Of a stretch of 64,000 nt of DNA, positions 35,655 to 43,798 are shown one piece after another. Source of the DNA: Acutalibacteraceae bacterium (GTDB lineage: Bacteria; Bacillota; Clostridia; Oscillospirales; Acutalibacteraceae); NCBI GenBank assembly GCA_045612205.1, contig JAZKYQ010000081.1, positions 206-64,205 on the forward strand, written 5' to 3'. The translations under genes were made by a program, and so were the position numbers. The notes under the pieces were generated by a model. It did not search any database. It was not told where the DNA came from and saw only the letters and a program-made list of their open reading frames with translations. The number at the start of each line of letters is the position of its first letter. The stretch's first letter is position 1.

Positions 35655-36221
35655 ATGAAAAATATACTTTTTATAAATGCTTGCTGCAGAGACAGCTCTC
35701 GCACAAATGAATTGGCACAGTGCTTGCTTGACAACCTGAACGGTCAGGTCAAAGCAGTAAATCTCTATGAGGAAAATCTGAAACCCATTGATGCAGAATT
35801 GCTTTTTAAAAGAGACAGTTTACTCAAAGAAGATAAAACAGATGATGAAATGTTTACTTTGGCAAAGCAGTTCTCTTTAGCTGATGCAATAGTTATTGCT
35901 GCACCTTATTGGGATCTTATGTTTCCCTCAATACTCAAGGTTTATCTTGAAAACATAACCGTATGCGGTGTAACCTTCCGTTACTCAGAAAAAGGAATTC
36001 CTCAGTCTCTTTGTAAAGCGGAAAATCTTTATTATGTCACAACATCAGGAGGCTTTATCGGTGAAAACAATTTCGGATTTGATTATGTAAAGGCTCTTGC
36101 TACGGGCTTTTTCGGAATCGGTAATGTAAGCTGCTTTTCAGCCGAAGGACTTGATATTTACGGCGCTGATGTCGGCACAATTATGCAAAAAGCAAAAGAA
36201 AATATTAAAAGAGGGATATGA
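35655..36221 (+). CDS. flavodoxin-fold NAD(P)H-dependent oxidoreductase (FMN reductase/azoreductase-like)
   Basis: Track ORF starts at 35625, but ATG 35655 lies 1 nt after the upstream stop. MKNILFINACCRDSSRT and ADAIVIAAPYWDLMFPSILKVYLENI resemble the Flavodoxin_2/FMN_red families. Confidence 0.6.
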   Translation: MKNILFINACCRDSSRTNELAQCLLDNLNGQVKAVNLYEENLKPIDAELLFKRDSLLKEDKTDDEMFTLAKQFSLADAIVIAAPYWDLMFPSILKVYLENITVCGVTFRYSEKGIPQSLCKAENLYYVTTSGGFIGENNFGFDYVKALATGFFGIGNVSCFSAEGLDIYGADVGTIMQKAKENIKRGI

Positions 36222-36231
36222 ATCCGCTTTA

Positions 36232-36266
36232 TTTGTAAGCGGTATGTAATACCGGATGTGTAAAAT
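36232..36266 (+). promoter_or_regulatory. tandem 11-bp direct-repeat operator + -10 box (site d, degenerate second repeat)
   Basis: TTTGTAAGCGG (36232..36242) TATGTAATACC (36243..36253), 7 nt, TAAAAT (36261..36266); 39 nt upstream of ATG 36305. Confidence 0.55.
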
Positions 36267-36304
36267 ATACCATACAATAATTTATTAAAAAAGGAGAATT
36301 TTTT

Positions 36305-36820
36305 ATGAAAAAGAAATTAGGCTTTATAGGTATCGGCGTCATTGTCGTACTGGTTGCTGCTATTATTTCAGGAGCATTTACAGGTGGTTTTCAGTCTGTT
36401 CCCCAACCTGAAATCAAAGAGGGTGAGTTTGATTTCACACTTACTTATGGGGTAGACGGTGAAATCAAAAAAATTGAAGGTACTTATGTATGTGAATTTG
36501 ACGGCGTGTCAAGAGCAATTGACGGTGTAAGCCGTGACTGGACAGGCTACATAAAGGATCACGATGATTTTACTGATTATGAAATCAAAACAACTGATAA
36601 GGGCGTAATTATGGTAAGTCTTGATATCTGTCCTGAGTTCTTTATGTCTGATCCGAATTATGATAATATAGTGTCCGGCAAGGATAATACCAAGCCTGAG
36701 CCTTATCTTTATATCAAATCAGGAGAGCCTTCAGATGAAGCTTTCTTGGATTATACAGGCGATGATGTGAAAATCATCAGCTTTGAATATGACCAACCGA
36801 TTGAAAATACATACAGATAA
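36305..36820 (+). CDS. hypothetical N-terminally anchored exported protein
   Basis: 171 aa with one N-terminal TM/signal-anchor helix (FIGIGVIVVLVAAIISGAF). No family recognised. Confidence 0.6.
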   Translation: MKKKLGFIGIGVIVVLVAAIISGAFTGGFQSVPQPEIKEGEFDFTLTYGVDGEIKKIEGTYVCEFDGVSRAIDGVSRDWTGYIKDHDDFTDYEIKTTDKGVIMVSLDICPEFFMSDPNYDNIVSGKDNTKPEPYLYIKSGEPSDEAFLDYTGDDVKIISFEYDQPIENTYR

Positions 36821-36832
36821 AGGAAGTTTAAA

Positions 36833-37507
36833 ATGATAAAAAACAGAACGGCACAATTGATTTATCAGACAATTTATTGCACGCTCGGATTTGTGGGTAT
36901 TGTTTCCTGCACAGGAATATTTGATGATATAACCCAATTCCGTTGGGATTTCTATGTGCACTTTACAAATATAAGCAATTTCTTTTGTATCGGAATAATG
37001 CTTGCCGCGCTTATTCAGACAGCAAAGAAAAAAGAGGACAGCTTTGTTAAAACAGCTCCTCTTCTTAAGTTTATCGGTATGCTGGGTATATTGCTCACAT
37101 TCCTTGTGTTCAATATTATGCTTGCCGGCAACCGTGACCCTCAGCTTAACTGGAGAATCGGCAGCCTTACCTTCCATGTAGTTCTTCCTATTATGTATGT
37201 TGCAGATTGGTTCCTTTTTTATGAACGCAGAAAATGTAAGTGGTATTATCCTCTTGCCTCAATTGCTTTTCCGCTTGCATACCTTATCTTTATTTTCATT
37301 CAGGCGGCAATTATGAAGTTCGATACTTCAATACTTATTCCAGGCACCGAGACACCTCTCATTTATCCCTATTTCTTTGTTAACCTTGAAACCCAGGGAG
37401 TAGGCGGTGTAGCAAAGTGGGTTGTTATTCTTCTTGCGGCATTTGTTGTGGTAGGCTTTGTATTTTTCGGACTTGACAAGCTGGGTAAGAAAAAGTCCAT
37501 GAAATGA
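36833..37507 (+). CDS. polytopic integral membrane protein (possibly Pr6Pr-family-like)
   Basis: 224 aa with about 6 hydrophobic helices. FRWDFYVHFTNISNFF resembles my memory of the Pr6Pr family, but this is a weak call. Confidence 0.55.
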   Translation: MIKNRTAQLIYQTIYCTLGFVGIVSCTGIFDDITQFRWDFYVHFTNISNFFCIGIMLAALIQTAKKKEDSFVKTAPLLKFIGMLGILLTFLVFNIMLAGNRDPQLNWRIGSLTFHVVLPIMYVADWFLFYERRKCKWYYPLASIAFPLAYLIFIFIQAAIMKFDTSILIPGTETPLIYPYFFVNLETQGVGGVAKWVVILLAAFVVVGFVFFGLDKLGKKKSMK

Positions 37508-37544
37508 TAAGCTTAACTGTGTCAGCTTCAGGGAGGAAATTAAA

Positions 37545-38768
37545 ATGAATAAAATTGTTAAACGAGCTCTTATTGTAATTGCGGTGATATTTGTGATTAT
37601 TGCGGCTGTGCTTACACTTAAGCTTGCAGTAATTGATTACACGGCGGATAAGCACTCACAAGGTGCTGTTACTGACGCTTCTTCAGACAAGGTTGTATAT
37701 GAGGATGCTGTCACCACAGGCTTTAAGCGTGAGCATGTTATGGCTGACTGGAAAACCCTCAACCAATCATATATACCGAATTATCTTTCGGGTTCTGCGG
37801 TACCTATGGACGGCACAAACGGTAATCCAAATTATCTTGTGCCCGGTCAGACTGAGGATATGATACCTCAAGGCCTGACTTACCTGCCCCAAAAGGATTG
37901 GATTCTTATTTCATCCTACGATAAAAGTGAGAAAAATCCAAGTGTAGTTTTTGCTCTTGACAGAGAAACAGGTAATTTTGTGGCTCAGTTCAATCTTTAC
38001 ACTCCCGACGGTGAGCCCTGGATGTGTCACGCAGGAGGTATAGCAGTTTCGGATTATAACCTCTATGTTACAAGCGACAGCGGTGTTGCTTATTTCCCTC
38101 TTAGTGACCTTGATGTTGAAAAGGGTACAGTTAAGGATATTGCATACAAGGAAACTATTAATTTCGGTCAGTTGGGCATAACCTATTCAGCTTACATCAG
38201 CGCTGCTGACGGTATGCTCTGGGCTGGTAACTTCTATTCAAACTCACCTTTGAGTCCTCCGCTTGCAAAAATGGGCTTTATAGGTAAAGACTGGGTTTGG
38301 AAGCCCAACGATGAATATTTTAACGCCATTTTAGGCTACAAGCTTTCAGGTGACTCATCTGAAGCAGAATGGGAAGCTTTAAAGGCGATCAAGGACAACG
38401 CAAGCAATGTTGTAAACGTGGATAACACAATGGACTGCATTCAGGGCATTTCCTTCAGAAAGCTTGACGACAACACCTATAAAATGTATCTTTCAAGAAC
38501 CGTGGACGGAAGTATCGGTGCCGCAGTTGCAGCTGCAACAGTTGAATTTACTGAAAATATCGTTTATGTAAATGAAAGCAACTTCAAGCTTCACGATAAC
38601 CTTCCCGGCGCAGAGGGTATTGTGTTTATCGGCGATGAATTATATATTCTTTATGAATCAGGTGCATTGAGTAACTTCGATGAAATTGTCAATAAGCTTA
38701 CCTGGAATCAGTACATCAAGGATTGCACAGATGTTATCTGGAAGATAAGTGAAAGCGCTTTGGTGTAA
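37545..38768 (+). CDS. hypothetical N-terminally anchored extracytoplasmic protein
   Basis: 407 aa with an N-terminal TM helix (ALIVIAVIFVIIAAVLTL). The remainder is beta-rich with repeated hydrophobic/Gly patterns. No family recognised. Confidence 0.6.
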   Translation: MNKIVKRALIVIAVIFVIIAAVLTLKLAVIDYTADKHSQGAVTDASSDKVVYEDAVTTGFKREHVMADWKTLNQSYIPNYLSGSAVPMDGTNGNPNYLVPGQTEDMIPQGLTYLPQKDWILISSYDKSEKNPSVVFALDRETGNFVAQFNLYTPDGEPWMCHAGGIAVSDYNLYVTSDSGVAYFPLSDLDVEKGTVKDIAYKETINFGQLGITYSAYISAADGMLWAGNFYSNSPLSPPLAKMGFIGKDWVWKPNDEYFNAILGYKLSGDSSEAEWEALKAIKDNASNVVNVDNTMDCIQGISFRKLDDNTYKMYLSRTVDGSIGAAVAAATVEFTENIVYVNESNFKLHDNLPGAEGIVFIGDELYILYESGALSNFDEIVNKLTWNQYIKDCTDVIWKISESALV

Positions 38769-38894
38769 GCTTCGCAAGAGTTAAAATTACAATATGTAAC
38801 ACAGAGTGAAAAGTTATGTGTTCTGTTTTTTGTTTAAAGAATATTGAGTCGATTATCCTGAATTTTTTTTGAGAAAATTTTTATTTACGCCTTA

Positions 38895-38930
38895 TTTGTA
38901 AGAGGTTTGTAAGAGGTTGCAGAGTATAAT
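38895..38930 (+). promoter_or_regulatory. tandem 11-bp direct-repeat operator + -10 box (site e, upstream of the small membrane protein and the 1263-aa protein)
   Basis: TTTGTAAGAGG (38895..38905) TTTGTAAGAGG (38906..38916), 8 nt, TATAAT (38925..38930). It is identical to site c over 24 bp (ATTTGTAAGAGGTTTGTAAGAGGT). Confidence 0.7.
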
Positions 38931-38978
38931 GGTATTATTGAAACTGTGTTTTTCTTGAACCGTGAAAGGAGAAGTATA

Positions 38979-39227
38979 ATGAGCTGGAAAACTATGTCTG
39001 TATCTCAGAAAATCGCCACGGTCATCGCCGGCCTTGCCGTTGTTGTCTGGCTGATCCCTAAGGTCAAGCCTGACCTGTTACCTGTTGATCCCACCTATCC
39101 TGCTATTGCAGTGTTCACAGTTTGTGAAGCGGTGGTCTGCTGGAAGCAAAACAGAAAATGGGCCTATCTTCTGATTGCCGGTGCAGTCATTTCCCTGGCT
39201 TTCTCAATTCTGGAACTGACACTGTAA
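38979..39227 (+). CDS. small two/three-TM membrane protein
   Basis: Track ORF starts at 38946, but ATG 38979 follows AAAGGAG by 8 nt. 82 aa with hydrophobic segments IATVIAGLAVVVWLI, AIAVFTVCEAVV and YLLIAGAVISLAFSIL. Confidence 0.55.
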   Translation: MSWKTMSVSQKIATVIAGLAVVVWLIPKVKPDLLPVDPTYPAIAVFTVCEAVVCWKQNRKWAYLLIAGAVISLAFSILELTL

Positions 39228-39303
39228 ACTCTTTGCGGGAGACCGCAAACAAGCAGTGTAAGAATAAAATTTTCATAAGAGTAATTATGAAAGGAGCAAT
39301 TTT

Positions 39304-42300
39304 ATGAAAAAAATTTTATCAATCATTCTTGCAATCTTAATGATTGTAACAAGCGTACCCTTTGCCTTTGCGGCAGAAAGTGGCTTTGCAATCACACATC
39401 AGCCTACCGTTGATGAATTTTACGTTGAAACCAACGACGCAAATGCTACATATCAGTGGTACGAGGTAGAAAACAGTAGGGTAATTGACGATACTGTTGG
39501 AACTCCCTTTCCCGGTTCAACTACCTATTATGATGCTGATTCAGGAGCCTGGGTTCCGGCATATATTGAGCATGATTCTCTTTTTGTATGCATATTTTTT
39601 CAGATTCACCTGAAAAAAGGTGAAGCAGTAACCGTTAAACACTCGTCAGATATAATCACTTTTGGTGTTATTAATGAAGACTTAACAGATGAATATATGA
39701 AAGCTCCTGCTGTTGGTAGAACAGGAACATTTAGAGCTGAGGAGGATGCTGTTTATACTTTTACTTCAGTATCAGAAGAAATTGTGCAAGCAACGGCAAC
39801 TGTTTCAGTGCAAACAGCTGTTGAAGGCGAAACATCAGCACAGCTTAAAAATTATGAACCGGGCAAGAGATATGTTTGTCATGTAACCTTCGCTGACGGT
39901 GCTTCAGTATGCTCTGACGAGGTTTATACTCACGAGCATACAGGTACCGAGCTTACCTGTATGGGCTATAAATGTACCATTTGCGACGGATATTTCGGTG
40001 AAGAAACCGTTGACCACTCTTTTACCAGATACATAGTAACAACTGTACCTACCGACACAAAGGCAGGTGTTAAAAAAGCTGCATGTGACTACGGCTGTGG
40101 TACAGTAGACGAACAATCAATTCCTGCAGGGTCAACTGAAATTGATGCAGTTTATGATGAGGACGGAAACAGAACGGGCTTTAATACTATCTTAGCCGGG
40201 GGAAAAGTGTATTACGATATCTTTGACGGCGAGAGTACACTTGACGGTAAAAATCTCACCACCTTCTATAAGTCAGTTGTTGATAAAAAATACAACGGTA
40301 AGGATTCTATTCTGACAACATGGGCAAAGGTTGCCGAAAAAGTGTTCCGAATCGGCGGAAAGCAGTTCGGTTATAACTGGCAGTTCGACGACTTTGATAA
40401 ATGGTACAACACAGACTTGGAAAATACAGACGGTAACGATGAGGAAAATGGCGATATTGTTCTTCGGGATCAGTTCGCAAAGATGACACCATATTCATCA
40501 GGTGCTCCCGGTGAATACAATATGAGAGCTACAGGTCTTCAGTATTACGGCTCACTGAAGGATGTAGAAGAAAGTATGCTTGATGAGATTGCTTACGTTT
40601 GTGCTGAAAAAGAGGTTGTGGATGAATTCAAAGATGTAGTAATTGAGTTCTGCACACCTAACGGTGACGGACTTGAGCTTCTTCAGGACGATAAGGAACA
40701 GCATGTTCTTGCGCAGATCATTACCAATCAGTATGACGGTGAAATAAAACACAGATGGTTCTCATCCTTTGGTATCGCTTACTATGATTTCCAGCTTACA
40801 CCCATTATCGATGAAAACCTTCAGTATATTTCTGCAGCTGAAAATTATGAGTCTGTTAAGGATGCATTTGAAAATAATGCTCCCGGTGTTTACTATACAG
40901 ATAGCGGTGACGGTGAAACAACTATTACATACATTCAGAATCCGACTTCCGCTAACTCATCTGTCAGTGCATCCACCTCAAAATCTACAACCAACTCAGT
41001 ATCAAACAGCTTTACTGAATCTGATAGCCACTCATTTACCGAGTCAGCAGAAGTAAGTGGTGAGTGGACAGCGATTCCTAATGTATGGAAAATGAATTTT
41101 AAGATCGGATTTTCAGCTTCACAGGCTATATCAACCGCTTTTTCAGAAAGCACATCACTTTCTGAAACAATTTCAACATCCAGCTCCGTAAATGTAAATC
41201 TCCCTGCTTATACAGAGCTTGGTATTAAGCAGACTGTAGCCACCACTGAGCAGTCGGTTGAATATGATTGTCCTGTTGCTATCAGCTACAAGGTTGCTAT
41301 CTTCGGCATGAATGCTGAGTATTATCAGGACGGTATCACAGGTTCATGGTCCACTGCCGGATATGATCAGGGAAGCATCTGTGTAGGCTTTGGTACAGAT
41401 TCATCTGTAGGCGGTAAGAATGCAGGCGAAAACCTTTATAAGAGACTCGATGCATCAAACAAGGCTTTTGAGCTTTCCTACGGTAATGTTACCGGTATGT
41501 TCGAAGCACAGGAGGATGGCCGTGATCCTATCTCAATCAGTTATCTTGATTGGGAATCAGTAAATGGCAAGGAAGAGCTTCTTGATCTGGCAGAAGAAGC
41601 AATGAATTACATTCCTATGTCCTCCATGGGCGGTAAGATATCAACAAAAACTGAATCCATCAATACCGAAATCACTTCAATTTATCCCATGTATGACCTT
41701 AAGAGAGTCAAATTTGAAGGCAACGGTGCATATACCCTCGGTATAGGAGGCAAGCTTGACCTCAACACTGTAAATGTAATTGGTCTTAATGATTTTGATA
41801 TGCCATATTACGGCTTCCTTGGTCGTATGGGTGCTTGGCATCTTTGCGATAAAGACGGTAACGATATTCCTGACTTTGAAGCAGGAAAGGGTATTACTAT
41901 TGAGCCTACACCTACAACTCAGACGATTATTGCAAATGAACTCGGTGATTATTATCTGAGATTTGATATCGATGAGGAGTATTATACAAAGGTAGTTGAC
42001 AGAAAGACCTACATCACCAACGATGACCTTGAAATGACTGCTATCATGAAGGTTTCAGTTACAGATACAGGTAACAACCACACCTGCCGTCCCGGTGGCT
42101 GGATAACCTATATTCCTGCTAACTGCGTCGTTGAGGGTGAACGCTACAGAAACTGTCTGACCTGCTCCAAACGCTTGGCTACAGAGGTTATTCCTAAGGC
42201 AGACCACATTCCCGTTGATGTAGTTACTCCTGCAACATGCAATACAGACGGTAGCAAAACAACTACATGTCTTACTTGTAAGGCTATTATTTCAAACGAG

Positions 42301-43095
42301 GTAATCCCCGCAAAGGGTCACGGCAGTACATATTCAGTAACAACCGTAACTCCTACCTGTACACGAGACGGTGAAAAGGCACTTTATTGCTATGATTGTA
42401 ATAAGCTTGTCGGTTCAGAAACAATTGCAAGCACAGGACACGATAACGGTGTATGGAAGGTCGATTTCGAGTCAACACCTGAACACGACGGACAGATGAC
42501 AAAATACTGTTCAAGCTGTAACTATGCTCTTGAAAGCAAAACATTTGCATATCATACTCATTCCTTTAATTCATGGAGAATGAATAATGACGGCACTCAT
42601 TCAAGAAAGTGCTATTTGTGCGGTTATTCAGAGACAGACGATTGTGACTACAATGAAACAGTGGTTCCTGCAACTTGTACAGCCGACGGAACAACAACAT
42701 ATCAGTGTAAGGATTGCAAGCATAAGTATTCTGAAACATCTTCATATGCTCAGGGTCACGCATGGGGTGCCTGGACCGAAAGCGAAGGCGGAAATCATAC
42801 TGCAAGCTGTACTGCATGCGGTGTATCAGAAACTACTGTGCATATCTTTGTGGAATATATTCCCAACAACGATGCAACCAAGGACGCTGACGGTACAAAA
42901 ACAGCTACCTGTGTAGTTTGCTCTGCAACCGATACTGTTGTTGACGAAGGCTCAAAGCTCGTCGATTCTGCTGACGGTTGTGATCACATTTGTCATAATA
43001 CAGGCTTATCAGGCTTCTTCTGGAATATTATACGTATTTTCTGGAAGCTGTTCAGAATGAATCCCGTATGTGAATGCGGTGCAGCTCATTATTGA
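39304..43095 (+). CDS. giant secreted protein with a central aerolysin/ETX-MTX2-like Ser/Thr-rich hairpin segment and C-terminal Cys-rich modules
   Basis: 1263 aa with a signal peptide (ILAILMIVTSVPFAFA). The central segment is described in the findings. The C-terminal ~330 aa contain repeated C-x2-DG-x-K-x3-C-x2-C modules like those of 13289..17023. Hydrophobic Trp/Phe-rich tail GLSGFFWNIIRIFWKLFRM. Confidence 0.8.
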   Translation: MKKILSIILAILMIVTSVPFAFAAESGFAITHQPTVDEFYVETNDANATYQWYEVENSRVIDDTVGTPFPGSTTYYDADSGAWVPAYIEHDSLFVCIFFQIHLKKGEAVTVKHSSDIITFGVINEDLTDEYMKAPAVGRTGTFRAEEDAVYTFTSVSEEIVQATATVSVQTAVEGETSAQLKNYEPGKRYVCHVTFADGASVCSDEVYTHEHTGTELTCMGYKCTICDGYFGEETVDHSFTRYIVTTVPTDTKAGVKKAACDYGCGTVDEQSIPAGSTEIDAVYDEDGNRTGFNTILAGGKVYYDIFDGESTLDGKNLTTFYKSVVDKKYNGKDSILTTWAKVAEKVFRIGGKQFGYNWQFDDFDKWYNTDLENTDGNDEENGDIVLRDQFAKMTPYSSGAPGEYNMRATGLQYYGSLKDVEESMLDEIAYVCAEKEVVDEFKDVVIEFCTPNGDGLELLQDDKEQHVLAQIITNQYDGEIKHRWFSSFGIAYYDFQLTPIIDENLQYISAAENYESVKDAFENNAPGVYYTDSGDGETTITYIQNPTSANSSVSASTSKSTTNSVSNSFTESDSHSFTESAEVSGEWTAIPNVWKMNFKIGFSASQAISTAFSESTSLSETISTSSSVNVNLPAYTELGIKQTVATTEQSVEYDCPVAISYKVAIFGMNAEYYQDGITGSWSTAGYDQGSICVGFGTDSSVGGKNAGENLYKRLDASNKAFELSYGNVTGMFEAQEDGRDPISISYLDWESVNGKEELLDLAEEAMNYIPMSSMGGKISTKTESINTEITSIYPMYDLKRVKFEGNGAYTLGIGGKLDLNTVNVIGLNDFDMPYYGFLGRMGAWHLCDKDGNDIPDFEAGKGITIEPTPTTQTIIANELGDYYLRFDIDEEYYTKVVDRKTYITNDDLEMTAIMKVSVTDTGNNHTCRPGGWITYIPANCVVEGERYRNCLTCSKRLATEVIPKADHIPVDVVTPATCNTDGSKTTTCLTCKAIISNEVIPAKGHGSTYSVTTVTPTCTRDGEKALYCYDCNKLVGSETIASTGHDNGVWKVDFESTPEHDGQMTKYCSSCNYALESKTFAYHTHSFNSWRMNNDGTHSRKCYLCGYSETDDCDYNETVVPATCTADGTTTYQCKDCKHKYSETSSYAQGHAWGAWTESEGGNHTASCTACGVSETTVHIFVEYIPNNDATKDADGTKTATCVVCSATDTVVDEGSKLVDSADGCDHICHNTGLSGFFWNIIRIFWKLFRMNPVCECGAAHY

Positions 43096-43156
43096 TAAAG
43101 CTTAAACAGAACAAGGTACTGTAAAAAAGCGTAGACCGCATAAACTAAAATAAGCA

Positions 43157-43200
43157 AAGGGTTTCTTTGGATTTTAAAAGTCCGAAGAAACCCTTTTAAA
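43157..43200 (+). terminator. terminator after the 1263-aa gene
   Basis: AAGGGTTTCTTTGGA / TCCGAAGAAACCCTT stem (one G-U), 9-nt loop, then TTTAAAT. Confidence 0.7.
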
Positions 43201-43375
43201 TATAAAAAAGCAGAAAGGGTTATAAAAAAATACAGCTTACAGAAGGATTAGCACTTTGTAATAGGTGCTGTGATAATATATAGTTTGGATAAGAGTTGCT
43301 TGATTCTTAGTGCTTAACTATGGTTAATCAAAGCTGAAAATAAACTCGCCGGATCGTTTACAGGAGGTTGTATAA

Positions 43376-43798
43376 ATGACTGTATTGGATGAAATTTGTT
43401 TCTGGGCGGCGGATATTGTACCGCTTCTGGCGTGCCTCGGAACTTTTATATACGGTATTAATAATTTTACTAAAAAAGGAAAGGCATATTATCTGCAGAT
43501 AGTAACTATGGCATTTGGCTGTTATGCAATGGGAAGCTTTTATACAGTTGTAAAATCACTTTACAATGACGAAAAAGTATATATTAAGCCCGGCGATACA
43601 AACGGCTACAGCGGCAAAGAATGGAATGCGATTTACTTTACAAAGAGCTATGAAGCAGGCAAATGTATGACTTCAACAGGCTACTTTATCGATTCAGCTG
43701 ACAACTTCGGCAAGTATACACCTGTAGCTGCCTTCGGTGCAAAGAACTGCTTCGATCCCAACTCATTCAATGACAATGAAAATACCGAAAACGTTTAA
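43376..43798 (+). CDS. hypothetical membrane protein (2 TM + soluble C-terminal part)
   Basis: 140 aa with RBS AGGAGG and TM segments IVPLLACLGTFIYGI and IVTMAFGCYAMGSFYTVV. Confidence 0.55.
   Translation: MTVLDEICFWAADIVPLLACLGTFIYGINNFTKKGKAYYLQIVTMAFGCYAMGSFYTVVKSLYNDEKVYIKPGDTNGYSGKEWNAIYFTKSYEAGKCMTSTGYFIDSADNFGKYTPVAAFGAKNCFDPNSFNDNENTENV

Noticed and set aside
43255-43290. Sixth possible operator site upstream of 43376 (TTTGTAATAGG)
   Set aside because: Only one 11-bp half-site matches. The adjacent 11 nt (TGCTGTGATAA) match poorly, and no -10 hexamer sits at the 7-8 nt spacing seen at the other five sites. I kept it out of the regulon call.
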